The position numbers and the translations under genes were made by a program. Shown piece by piece: positions 39,048 to 48,947 of a stretch of DNA of 64,000 bases. This DNA comes from Verrucomicrobiales bacterium (GTDB lineage: Bacteria; Verrucomicrobiota; Verrucomicrobiia; Limisphaerales; UBA9464). The notes below the pieces were generated by a model. It saw only the letters and a program-made list of their open reading frames with translations. It was not told the origin of the DNA and ran no database searches. The stretch covers positions 77,301-141,300 of the forward strand of contig JAIYBC010000055.1 of the NCBI GenBank assembly GCA_027488845.1, in the 5' to 3' direction. Each line of letters opens with the position of its first letter. Within the stretch, counting starts at the first letter, position 1.

Positions 39048-42000
39048 TCAGGGACGTGCGGCGCCGGCGCGTTGGACGAGCTGCTCGACCAGGCCGCGGA
39101 GCGATTCGAGATCCCGGCGGAGAGCGCGGTTTTCGGCCTGTTCGATCTCCAGCGCCTCAGCCAGTTCACGGGTGCGGTGATGCAGGCCCTGGATCGCGGC
39201 CAGCGCGACCCCGTCTGCGTCGACCGTGGCGATCGAGCGGTCGGAGGCGCCGAGTCCAAACGCCGCGTGGAAGTCCTGTGCCATCGGGCCGAGGTGCGGC
39301 GTCGCCGACGGGTCGTTCGTGTAGTGCCAGGTCTGGACCGAAAGTGCGGCCACCTTCTCCAGCACCGCCGCGACGTCCACGTCGGCGAACCCGGCCTTCT
39401 TGTTCCGGTCGCTCAGGGTGACAAAGGAGGTCGCGGCGACATGCCCCGCATTCTCGATGGCGACGACCCAGTCCGTCGCGTTCCCGAAGCGGGCCAGGCG
39501 GCCGCTGTCCGCCGAGACATTCAGGGCGCCGTCGTTCGAGGTCCCGCGGCCGTTGATCCGGAGCGCCGGGCTCGCGTTCGAGTTGGTGCTCATGTTCTCG
39601 ATGTGCACCACCGCCGACCGATAGTCCCCCGTCCGGCTCCCGACGAGGTTCGCAGCCCGGTTGCCTGCCGGCGCAGCCACGGAGAGGGTCCCTCCGGCGG
39701 TCAGTGCATTGCTGACAGTCAATGTCGCCGGGATGGTCACATCGCCCCCGAAGACGCTGTCGGCGTTCTGGTCCCATCGCAGGGCGAAGGTCTGTCCGAA
39801 GCGGGTCGATCCCAGGGCGCCACCGCTGTAGCCGTAGAGGACGGGGCCATCCACGGCCACACCGGCGAACGGACGTTGGGTCCCTCCGAACCAGCCGAGT
39901 CCGTGGTTGGTGTCCGAGCCGGCCCTCAGGAACAGGTCGTGGTCGGAAAGCCGCAGGTCGGAGGCAAGGACGGGGTTGCCGTCCAGGCGCGCCAGGTTGG
40001 CTCCGAGCCGAGCGTCGGGCACGGTGCCGGAGGCGAGTTGGGAGGCATTGAGGTCGGTCAGCAGGGATCCGGATCCCCTGAGGTCCGTGGCGTCGACAAA
40101 TCCTCCGATGATGTGCTCCGCTTGGACTGAGTCGGCATAGACCCCCCCATTGGAAACCATGAGCGATCCTCTTGGCAGTCTTACGTCTCCATCCGACTCC
40201 CAAGAGAGCGCGATTTGTTGACCTTCCGAAGTCGAGCCCAAGGCGCCACCTTCGTTGCCGTAGAGCACCGGGCCGTCCACGGCGACCCCTGCGAAGGTGC
40301 GCGGGGCACCACCGAACCATCCGAGCCCGTGGGCCTTGTCGGTCCCACCTCGCAGGAGCAGGTCCTTGTCGGAGAGACGGATGTCGGAGGAGAACACGGG
40401 AAAGCCATCCAGGCGCGGGATGTTCGTCCCGATCCGTGCGTCGGGAAGGATGCCCGAGGTGATTTTGGCGCCATCCAGTCCCGGGATCCGGGAATCGGAA
40501 AGGGTGCCACTCACGATCTTTGACGCATCCAGGTCCGGGATTCGGGCCGCATTGAAGACGCCCGCAACGACCTTGGATGCATTCAGGTCCGGAACCCGGT
40601 CGGTATCGAAGATGCCGGTCGTGATCTTGGACGCGTCGAGGTCCGGGATCCGCGCTGAAGCGAAGACTCCGGAGCCGACGTTCGAAGCGACGAGGTTGGT
40701 GATCTCAGAACCGTCTCCCAGGAATCGTTGCGCACTGACCCCGCCCTGGAAGTTCGCAGTGCTATCGAGCCTTGCGAAGCGAGCCTCTCCATCCGATTCT
40801 GAGACGATGACTAGATGATCTCCGGCCAGTCCACCGGATATCGAGATCACTTTACCCTGTATGCTGGGCATCTGAAAATTACCCCATCCCACTACCTCGC
40901 CATTGCTTTTTAATGCAACACACCCACTCCTAAACGACTCAATTGCAACAACATTGCTCAAGCCGATAGGTACATTCAGGTGCGGTATAATTGGAATGAA
41001 TTGGGAATTTATGTAGCGGGTCGCTCGAACGGTTCCGTCTGGCAAAAGGTATACAAAGGCCCCTGAATTCATTCTGCAGTCGACGATGTTTCGCTGGAAC
41101 ACGTTCGAAAAGCTTGGTTCTTCAAGGGTTCCGTGCGAATTATAGCCAACTCGAGCACCGGATCTGGAGATGATGATGTATTCCTCCATTGAAAAGGTTG
41201 CTATATTTGTATAGCTGTTTGATTGGAATCCCCAAGTCCGTAGGGTTCCGTCTCTGGTAAGTGCTCCTGATCTCCTGTAACCAGCCGCAATCTTCACGAT
41301 GTTGGAAAGCCCCGATGGTATGTTACATTGACCTACACTGTTATCACCCCAGGCGAGGAGTTGGCCTTCCTTGTCCAAGGCCAAGATGTGATCGACACCC
41401 ACTGCCACATCCACGATTCCGGTCTTGGTGGAGGCGATCGAAAGGAGGCCGTTTTGATCCGGACTTCCTGGAATCAGCCGACCATCTCGAGTCAAACCAA
41501 CGATGACCTCGCCCACGGCCACCTTGGTGATTTCCCGTTCTGTGGTTGGGAATCCTAGGAAACTTGGGTAGTGAAAGTTTGAGATCACCTGAACCGACGC
41601 GGATCGGTTTCGGAGCCCTGCTGCGGCGATATTGGTCAGTCCAGCCCCGTTTCCAGTGAACACCCCTCCTGTGATCCGGCTCGCATCCAGTTCCGGCACC
41701 TGTGCGGCCGCCAGAACCCCGGTGACCTGGGATGCCGAAACCGTCCCGCTGAGGGCCGACGCCGTGGCGGCGGTCGTGGCCGTCGACGCGGACTGGGCGC
41801 TGATCGCGGTCGCTGCATGGATTGCATACGGCGTCGGGGACACCGGTTGGCGGGTCGGCAGCGTCTCGTACGCCAATGCGCCGTTGGTTCGGATCCCGAT
41901 CTCAAGCCACCGGGCGGCTCCGTTGAACCGGGGGCCGAAGTCCAGGGTCGCCTGGAAGAGGCCGTTGGTGAGGGTCAGGGCCGCGGCGTCCACCACGGGT

Positions 42001-42209
42001 CCCTGCTGTTCGCCGGCGGTCGCCGCGTCCCAAAGTGTGAAACGCAGGTCGTACACCCCGTTTGCGGCGGAGGGGCCGTCGGTGAGTTGGCCTTGAAAGC
42101 CGAAAGCCGTGCCCTGGGCGGCTGCCCGCACAAGGCCCAGGGCGAGGGCGACGAGAAGTATCCAGTTCCGCGATCCAGACTTGGGGCGGAGGAAAAGTGG
42201 CCGGTGCAT
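39048..42209 (-). CDS. secreted tail-fiber-domain protein: RCC1-like beta-propeller, IPDLDASKI-type 14-aa repeats, duplicated ~145-aa module, C-terminal peptidase-S74 intramolecular chaperone domain
   Basis: Signal peptide MHRPLFLRPKSGSRNWILLVALALG. RCC1-like blades include LAWGDNSVGQCNIPSGLSNIVKIAAGYRRSGALTRDGTLRTWG. Five tandem repeats follow the pattern RIPDLDASKI(V/T)SG. Two copies of SD(I/L)RLSD.DL.LR.G.D..HGLGWFGG..R.FAGVAVDGPVLYG..GGALGST are present. The C-terminal SDRNKKAGFADVDVAAVLEKVAALSVQTWHYTNDPSATPHLGPMAQDF...IQGL matches the auto-cleaving chaperone domain of phage tail spikes and fibres. Confidence 0.8.
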   Translation of the reverse strand: MHRPLFLRPKSGSRNWILLVALALGLVRAAAQGTAFGFQGQLTDGPSAANGVYDLRFTLWDAATAGEQQGPVVDAAALTLTNGLFQATLDFGPRFNGAARWLEIGIRTNGALAYETLPTRQPVSPTPYAIHAATAISAQSASTATTAATASALSGTVSASQVTGVLAAAQVPELDASRITGGVFTGNGAGLTNIAAAGLRNRSASVQVISNFHYPSFLGFPTTEREITKVAVGEVIVGLTRDGRLIPGSPDQNGLLSIASTKTGIVDVAVGVDHILALDKEGQLLAWGDNSVGQCNIPSGLSNIVKIAAGYRRSGALTRDGTLRTWGFQSNSYTNIATFSMEEYIIISRSGARVGYNSHGTLEEPSFSNVFQRNIVDCRMNSGAFVYLLPDGTVRATRYINSQFIPIIPHLNVPIGLSNVVAIESFRSGCVALKSNGEVVGWGNFQMPSIQGKVISISGGLAGDHLVIVSESDGEARFARLDSTANFQGGVSAQRFLGDGSEITNLVASNVGSGVFASARIPDLDASKITTGIFDTDRVPDLNASKVVAGVFNAARIPDLDASKIVSGTLSDSRIPGLDGAKITSGILPDARIGTNIPRLDGFPVFSSDIRLSDKDLLLRGGTDKAHGLGWFGGAPRTFAGVAVDGPVLYGNEGGALGSTSEGQQIALSWESDGDVRLPRGSLMVSNGGVYADSVQAEHIIGGFVDATDLRGSGSLLTDLNASQLASGTVPDARLGANLARLDGNPVLASDLRLSDHDLFLRAGSDTNHGLGWFGGTQRPFAGVAVDGPVLYGYSGGALGSTRFGQTFALRWDQNADSVFGGDVTIPATLTVSNALTAGGTLSVAAPAGNRAANLVGSRTGDYRSAVVHIENMSTNSNASPALRINGRGTSNDGALNVSADSGRLARFGNATDWVVAIENAGHVAATSFVTLSDRNKKAGFADVDVAAVLEKVAALSVQTWHYTNDPSATPHLGPMAQDFHAAFGLGASDRSIATVDADGVALAAIQGLHHRTRELAEALEIEQAENRALRRDLESLRGLVEQLVQRAGAARP

Positions 42210-42504
42210 GACGTCCCCAGTCTTGGGGAACGCCGTGGACGAGTGTCATCGCCCTTAAGGAGGAGACCCAACGGGTCTACGATCGTCCATTCAGGTGATG
42301 TCGTTTCCGCCACGCCAGTATCGTGGCTCGGTTGTTCTGCCGGTTTCCGCCGAGCCTGTCCGCGTCGCCGGGGAAGACGACGGTGCGGCGGATCGGGACC
42401 GCGTCCGGGAGGCCGTCGTCCCGAGGCGGGATGGAAAGCGGCGCCTCCGGGGCTCCGCCCCTGAGCGGGCTGGAAGAGGGGACTGGAAAGCTTGGGAAGG
42501 AGAA

Positions 42505-42564
42505 TCGTGACCTCGCCTGCTACGACGTGCGCGGGTAGGAGACGACGTGAGGAGGTGCCAACTT
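42505..42564 (+). repeat. copy 3 (full U1-U2-U3) of the repeated element
   Basis: tcgtgacctcgcctgctacg|acgtgcgcgggtaggagacg|acgtgaggaggtgcc, with CGTG at 42506, 42526 and 42546. It lies between the enolase stop and the tail-fiber gene start. Confidence 0.7.
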
Positions 42565-42632
42565 CGAGGAACGAGGAAGGCCGCAATCCGTGGGAACGGA
42601 CTGCGGCCTTTGAGCGGGAAGTCCCGGACCGA

Positions 42633-43931
<1,299 letters not shown>

Positions 43932-44048
43932 TCAGGATTCGTACGGAAGCGGCGAGGGAAGCGCAGGGGACCCGGAGCGTCAAGGAAGGGCCGGGAGTCC
44001 GCGGTCGGGGATTGAGCCCCGCCCGGCGGCCCGTGTTCACTCCGGTCC

Positions 44049-44711
44049 ATGACGACGCTCTTCATCGCCACCGGCAACGCGCACAAGGTGGAGGAGATCC
44101 GGCAGGTCCTCGGCGGATCGGTGACGGTGCTCTCGCAACGGGATGCGAACGTCCGGCTCGAAGTGGAGGAGACGGGCGCGACCTTCCGTGAGAACTCCGG
44201 GATCAAGGCGGTGACCTGGGCGGGTTACCTGGCGGCCGATGTCTGCAACCTGGGTGCGGACTACGTGCTGGCCGACGACTCGGGACTGGAAGTGGATGCC
44301 TTGGGCGGGGCGCCGGGAGTCCATTCGGCGCGGTTCGCGGCGTTGGACGACGGACGAAAGGGGAATTCCTCCGACGCCGAGAACAACGCGAAGCTGTTGC
44401 GGTTGCTGGCCGGAGTGCCGGTCGGGAAGCGGACTGCGCGATTCCGGTGCGTCCTGTCGCTGACGCCCATCCTTCCCGGCGAATCCCCGGCGGCGATGGC
44501 CGCGGCGACCGAGTTCTTCGACGGCACCTGCGAGGGGCGCCTGCTGGAAGTGCCGAATGGGGCCGGCGGTTTCGGCTACGACCCGTTGTTCATTCCGGAC
44601 GGTTTTGACCGGACGTTCGCCGAGCTTGGACCGGAGGTGAAGAACCGGCTCAGCCATCGCGCCCGTGCGCTCGCGGCATTGATGGGTCGGTGGTTGGGCA
44701 TGAAGGGCTGA
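44049..44711 (+). CDS. rdgB: RdgB/HAM1 family non-canonical purine NTP pyrophosphatase
   Basis: TLFIATGNAHKVEEI at the N-terminus, followed by the FGYDPLF motif. Confidence 0.85.
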   Translation: MTTLFIATGNAHKVEEIRQVLGGSVTVLSQRDANVRLEVEETGATFRENSGIKAVTWAGYLAADVCNLGADYVLADDSGLEVDALGGAPGVHSARFAALDDGRKGNSSDAENNAKLLRLLAGVPVGKRTARFRCVLSLTPILPGESPAAMAAATEFFDGTCEGRLLEVPNGAGGFGYDPLFIPDGFDRTFAELGPEVKNRLSHRARALAALMGRWLGMKG

Positions 44712-45218
44712 AGCGGAAAAGATCCGGCCCGGTCGGGGTTCACCGTGCATCCACCTCTGCGCGCGGGTCCGGTGAATCCGTTGGCGGTGGTGGCACGCCG
44801 GCGACAACGGGGAGGCCCTCGGCAAGGGGCCGATCCAAAATTGCGGCGGAGGCGGCAACGACGCGCACGCAAGTCCGGGGGAGAGTGCCACCGAGGATCC
44901 CCAGGATCCGGCGTGCGATTGCCGCTGGGACTTCGCAGCCGACCGTGGGCGGCCGGGTCCATCTCCGATCGGGGCCGGGAACCGGAGAGGACCGAAGCCG
45001 GGCGGAGGGATGTGCCGCCGCCGTTCTTCTCTGAAGCGAGTGCGGATCACCCCGGCCGAGGCCCCGTCTGGCAGGGGAAATCCCCGTTCCGGAAGCCATC
45101 GGCTCCCGGCTTCCCGGATTCCCAGGCACCCCGTCCCGCGGGTGACGTGATGGATCTTCTTCGCATTAACCACTTGTCTTCCGGCGTTCCACCCGTATTT
45201 TAAAGGGCCTTTGCGGTC

Positions 45219-45518
45219 ATGAAATCTGATATCCATCCGAAGAACTATCGCCTGATGATTTTCCGCGACTCGGCCTCGAGCCAGTCGTTCCTGACCCGCT
45301 CGTGTGCGAACACGAACCTCACGGCAACGTGGGAGGACGGTCAGGAGTATCCCCTGTACTTGATGGGCATCAGCGCGTTCACCCACCCCTTCTACACCGG
45401 CCAGCAGAAGTTCGTCGACACCGCCGGCCGTGTGGACAAATACCAGCAGCGTCTCGCCAAGACGCAGGCCGCCCAGGCCGCGATGGCGGAGGCCGCCTCG
45501 AAGAAGAAGAAGAAGTAG
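45219..45518 (+). CDS. rpmE: 50S ribosomal protein L31, type B (no zinc ribbon)
   Basis: MKSDIHPKNYRLMIFRD...HPFYTGQQKFVDTAGRVDKYQQRL with the CxxC pairs absent. Lys-rich tail KKKKK. Confidence 0.85.
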   Translation: MKSDIHPKNYRLMIFRDSASSQSFLTRSCANTNLTATWEDGQEYPLYLMGISAFTHPFYTGQQKFVDTAGRVDKYQQRLAKTQAAQAAMAEAASKKKKK

Positions 45519-45530
45519 GCGCCACGTCGG

Positions 45531-45579
45531 AAACCGCCCGCCGGCCGTCCCGTACGGTCTGCGGGCGGTTTTTCTTTTC
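45531..45579 (+). terminator. rho-independent terminator after rpmE
   Basis: aaaccgcccgc ... gcgggcggttt stem followed by ttttctttt. Confidence 0.7.
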
Positions 45580-45624
45580 CTCGGACCGCCGTCGCCCAAC
45601 CCCGTTTCCTTTTCGCCCAAGCCC

Positions 45625-46716
45625 TTGGACCTCCAGCCGTTCATCGAGAAGTTTCGCCGACGCTTCCAGGAGGTGGAAGCCCAGCTCGGTGCGCCCGACG
45701 CCTTCGCGAATCCCGCGCGCGGGCAGGAACTCACCCGCGAGCATTCGCGCCTCCGACAGTTGGTCGCCGACGGCGACGCCTGGCTCAAGGCGACCCGCGA
45801 GCTGACCGAGAACCAAGCCTTGATCGCGGCGGAACCGCCCGGTTCCGAGATGGCCCTGATGGCCGCCGAGGAGGGCCGGGATCTGGAGGCGCGGGTGGCC
45901 TCGCTGGGACTCGCCGTGCAGCTGGGCATCGTCCCGCCGGATCCCACGGATTCCCGCAACACCGTGCTCGAGATCCGCGCCGGTGCGGGCGGCGCCGAGA
46001 GCGCCCTCTTCGCCGCCGACCTCTTCCGCATGTACCAGCGGTACGCCGAGGACCGCGGATGGAAGGTCGAGCTGATGGATTCCAGCCCGTCCGACCTCGG
46101 TGGACTGAAGGAAGTCATCTGCCTGGTCACCGGCGAGGACGTCTACAAGCGCCTCAAGCACGAGTCCGGGGTCCATCGGGTCCAACGGGTGCCAGCCACC
46201 GAGGCCCAGGGGCGCATCCACACCAGCACCGTCACCGTGGCCGTGCTGCCCGAGGCCCAGGAGGTCGACGTGGTGATCAAGCCCGAGGACCTCGAGATCA
46301 ACGTCTGCCGCGCCGGCGGGCACGGAGGGCAGGGTGTGAACACCACCGATTCCGCGGTCCGGGTCTTCCACAAGCCGTCGGGCATCGAGGTCCGCTGCCA
46401 GGACCAGCGTTCCCAGCAGAAGAACAAGGCGCAGGCGATGATGGTGCTCCGCTCGCGGTTGCTGGAGCGGAAGATGGCCGAGGAGAACGCCAAGTACGCC
46501 CAGGCCCGGAAGGACCAGGTCGGCTCGGGCGAACGGTCGGAGAAGATCCGCACCTACAATTTCCCCCAGAACCGGGTCACCGACCACCGGCTCGAACTCA
46601 CCCTCTACAACCTCTCCGTCTTCATCGAAGGCGATCTGGAACCGATGCTCCGCCCCCTCGTGGAGTCCGAGCTCAAGTCCCGGCTCGCCGTACTGGAAGC
46701 CCAATCCCATGTCTGA
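45625..46716 (+). CDS. prfA: peptide chain release factor 1
   Basis: RF1-specific PATEAQGRIHTSTVTVAV (the PxT tripeptide), the GGQ motif (RAGGHGGQGVNTTDSAVR) and QDQRSQQKNK. No ATG; the start is probably TTG at 45625, which is uncertain. Confidence 0.8.
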   Translation: MDLQPFIEKFRRRFQEVEAQLGAPDAFANPARGQELTREHSRLRQLVADGDAWLKATRELTENQALIAAEPPGSEMALMAAEEGRDLEARVASLGLAVQLGIVPPDPTDSRNTVLEIRAGAGGAESALFAADLFRMYQRYAEDRGWKVELMDSSPSDLGGLKEVICLVTGEDVYKRLKHESGVHRVQRVPATEAQGRIHTSTVTVAVLPEAQEVDVVIKPEDLEINVCRAGGHGGQGVNTTDSAVRVFHKPSGIEVRCQDQRSQQKNKAQAMMVLRSRLLERKMAEENAKYAQARKDQVGSGERSEKIRTYNFPQNRVTDHRLELTLYNLSVFIEGDLEPMLRPLVESELKSRLAVLEAQSHV

Positions 46717-47296
46717 CATCCGCGCCCTGATCTTCGACTGCGACGGCACCATCGCCCATACCATGCCCCTCCACTGGCGGGCATGGAACGCCACCACCGT
46801 CCGCTACGGACTCGTGTTTCCGGAGGAGCGGTTCTACGCGCTGGGCGGCGTGCCGGCCCGGCAGATCCTCCGCCAGTTGTGCGCTGAGCAGGGGCGTCCC
46901 GAGCTGGATCCCCTGGCCATCGCCAAGGAGAAGGAGGGCGTCTACCTGGGCCTGCTCTCGGAAGTCACGCCGGTGGAGCCCGTGCTCGAGATCGCGCGCC
47001 GGAACCGCGGCAAGCTGCCCATGGGCATCGCCACCGGCGGTTCGCGCCCGGGCATCCCGACCGTGCTCCGGCACCTTGGCATCCTCGACTGGTTCGGTGC
47101 CGTGGTGACCAGCGAGGACGTCGTCAACCAGAAGCCGGCCCCGGACATCTTCCTCGAGGCCGCAAGGCAGCTCGGTGTCGAACCGCGTCACTGTCGCGCC
47201 TTCGAGGACACCGACCTCGGGATGCAGTCGATCGTTTCCGCCGGCATGGAAGCCGTGGACGTGCGGCTCATGCCCGACTATCCGGGGCGCCGCTGA
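46709..47296 (+). CDS. HAD-superfamily hydrolase (beta-phosphoglucomutase-like subfamily IA)
   Basis: LIFDCDGTI motif I, ATGGSR motif II, and a C-terminal ED..G motif. Overlaps the prfA stop. Confidence 0.8.
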   Translation: MSDIRALIFDCDGTIAHTMPLHWRAWNATTVRYGLVFPEERFYALGGVPARQILRQLCAEQGRPELDPLAIAKEKEGVYLGLLSEVTPVEPVLEIARRNRGKLPMGIATGGSRPGIPTVLRHLGILDWFGAVVTSEDVVNQKPAPDIFLEAARQLGVEPRHCRAFEDTDLGMQSIVSAGMEAVDVRLMPDYPGRR

Positions 47297-47301
47297 TCGG
47301 T

Positions 47302-48129
47302 TCAGGCCCCGGCCGGGTGCGGTGCCGCGTCCGTTCCCGGGGGCTCTTCGCTGACCGGTTGTCCTTCGACGACCACCACGATCCGGCGCAGTCCCGATCC
47401 CTGGATGCTGTATCCCGGGGCGATCGTGCCGCGGATCGGGGTTCCGGGGGACGGTTCCGAGCCGTCGGCCGCCTGATGGCGCTGTGGGTCGAACGGTTCC
47501 CCAGGTCGGGCTTCCAGGGCGACCAGCCCGATGCGTCGCACTGCGTCCAGGCAGGCGGCTCGGTAGGCGCCCAGCTGCTGGATCAGTTGGGGTTGACCGG
47601 AATTCACGGCGGCCTGGAAGAGGGCATGGCAGTGGTCCAACAGATGGAGGATCACCTGCACGACCTCCTGTTCCCCGCGGCGCAGCTTCTCGATCTCCAG
47701 ACGCAATGCGCCCTTCTCGGCGTCGTTGGAACGGGCGAGGAACTCCGTGAACCCGCGCGCCTCGGCGGCGATCTGCTTCGCGATTTCCCCGGCGGTGCCC
47801 ACCGTCTTTCCCGACGCGTCCTGGATCTGCTGCCATTGGGCGGTGGCGTTGGCGATCTGCTTGGCCACGGCGTCCAGCGAACCCAGCTGCTGGGCGGCCG
47901 ATGCGAGATTGGACTGCTCCCAAAGCATCACTGCCGCCTCATGGTCCCGCAGGAAGGGCTGGATGAAGACCCAGGAACCCAATCCCAGCAAACCACCCAC
48001 GGCGACCATCTCCTTCCAGGTCCAAACCGGGGCTGCATTCCAAGCCAGCCATCCCGCCGCGCCCACGAGGACGAGGTCGGCCAGCAGGAATGGCCATTTG
48101 GCGGTGCGCGGTGCTTCGGTCAACGACAT
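47302..48129 (-). CDS. membrane-anchored protein with GrpE-like C-terminal domain
   Basis: N-terminal TM helices (WPFLLADLVLVGAAGWLAWN...), a coiled-coil middle, and a C-terminus (VILHLLDHCHAL...GEPFDPQRHQA...GTIAPGYSIQGSGLRRIVVVVEG) reminiscent of GrpE dimerisation and beta-sheet regions. The family assignment is tentative. Confidence 0.45.
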   Translation of the reverse strand: MSLTEAPRTAKWPFLLADLVLVGAAGWLAWNAAPVWTWKEMVAVGGLLGLGSWVFIQPFLRDHEAAVMLWEQSNLASAAQQLGSLDAVAKQIANATAQWQQIQDASGKTVGTAGEIAKQIAAEARGFTEFLARSNDAEKGALRLEIEKLRRGEQEVVQVILHLLDHCHALFQAAVNSGQPQLIQQLGAYRAACLDAVRRIGLVALEARPGEPFDPQRHQAADGSEPSPGTPIRGTIAPGYSIQGSGLRRIVVVVEGQPVSEEPPGTDAAPHPAGA

Positions 48130-48311
48130 GGCGAAACCGTAAGTCGATCCGATGGAACGTCGGAAGCGTCTTCTCGACGAACTCCATCCGATGAAAAGTG
48201 CAGAAAAAGTGAAATGGTGAAAATATTGCAGAATAAATGCAAAAACGTGGAAATGTCATAAAAAGTGAAATACCGTGCCGTTGAAGGTCAACTCCCAGCG
48301 GAGACGAGAAC

Positions 48312-48947
48312 ATGGCGACGAGAACCATCCTGATGGCGGACATCATCGGCAGCCGGCGGCGGTCGCCGGAGAAGCTGATGGAGCAGTTTTCCGGCGTCTG
48401 CGAGGCGGCCAATCGGGAGTTCCGCCCTCATTTGAAGTCCCCGATCACGATAACGCTCGGGGATGAGTTTCAATGCGTGGTCGGCAGTTGGGAGTCGGGC
48501 GTCGACCTGATCCTGTTCCTGGAAGAGGAGATGGTCCGCCGCGATCTGGCGTTTTCCCTGCGTTACGTCCTTTCGCAGGGGGACATCGGGACCCGGGTGA
48601 ATCCGGAGGTGGCCTACGGGATGTTGGGTGAGGGGCTGACGCGGGCCCGGGAGACCTTGGAGTCCTCCAAACGATCCGATTCCCGATTCCGCTTCCTCGA
48701 CGGTCCGGAGCCTTCCTGCGGGCTGCTCAACCGGCTGTTCGTGGTCTATGCGGCGTTGCGCGATGCCTGGCGGCCTGGGAAGGACCTGCCGTTGGTCGCC
48801 CACTTGATCAAGGATCCGGACTACCGGAGTGTCGCGGCCGCGGTCGGCAAGGACCCGTCGCAGATCTGGAAACGGAAACGGACCCTGGGGATCGTTCCGT
48901 ACCTCGAGTTGCGGGAGGCCCTCTGTTCGGTCGCGCGGATGCCATGA
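48312..48947 (+). CDS. SatD family protein
   Basis: ILMADIIGSRRR at the N-terminus, the TLGDEFQCVV motif, and a length of about 210 aa fit SatD as I recall it. Its stop overlaps the next ORF's start by 4 nt. Confidence 0.55.
   Translation: MATRTILMADIIGSRRRSPEKLMEQFSGVCEAANREFRPHLKSPITITLGDEFQCVVGSWESGVDLILFLEEEMVRRDLAFSLRYVLSQGDIGTRVNPEVAYGMLGEGLTRARETLESSKRSDSRFRFLDGPEPSCGLLNRLFVVYAALRDAWRPGKDLPLVAHLIKDPDYRSVAAAVGKDPSQIWKRKRTLGIVPYLELREALCSVARMP

Noticed and set aside
39048-42209. Diversity-generating retroelement targeting the tail-fiber-like gene
   Set aside because: No reverse transcriptase gene and no template-repeat/variable-repeat pair with adenine-specific mismatches is visible in the window.
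42560-42632. Hairpin aaggccgca...tgcggcctt after enolase as a terminator
   Set aside because: The stem is present, but there is no U-tract on the minus (enolase) strand, so it is not a convincing intrinsic terminator.
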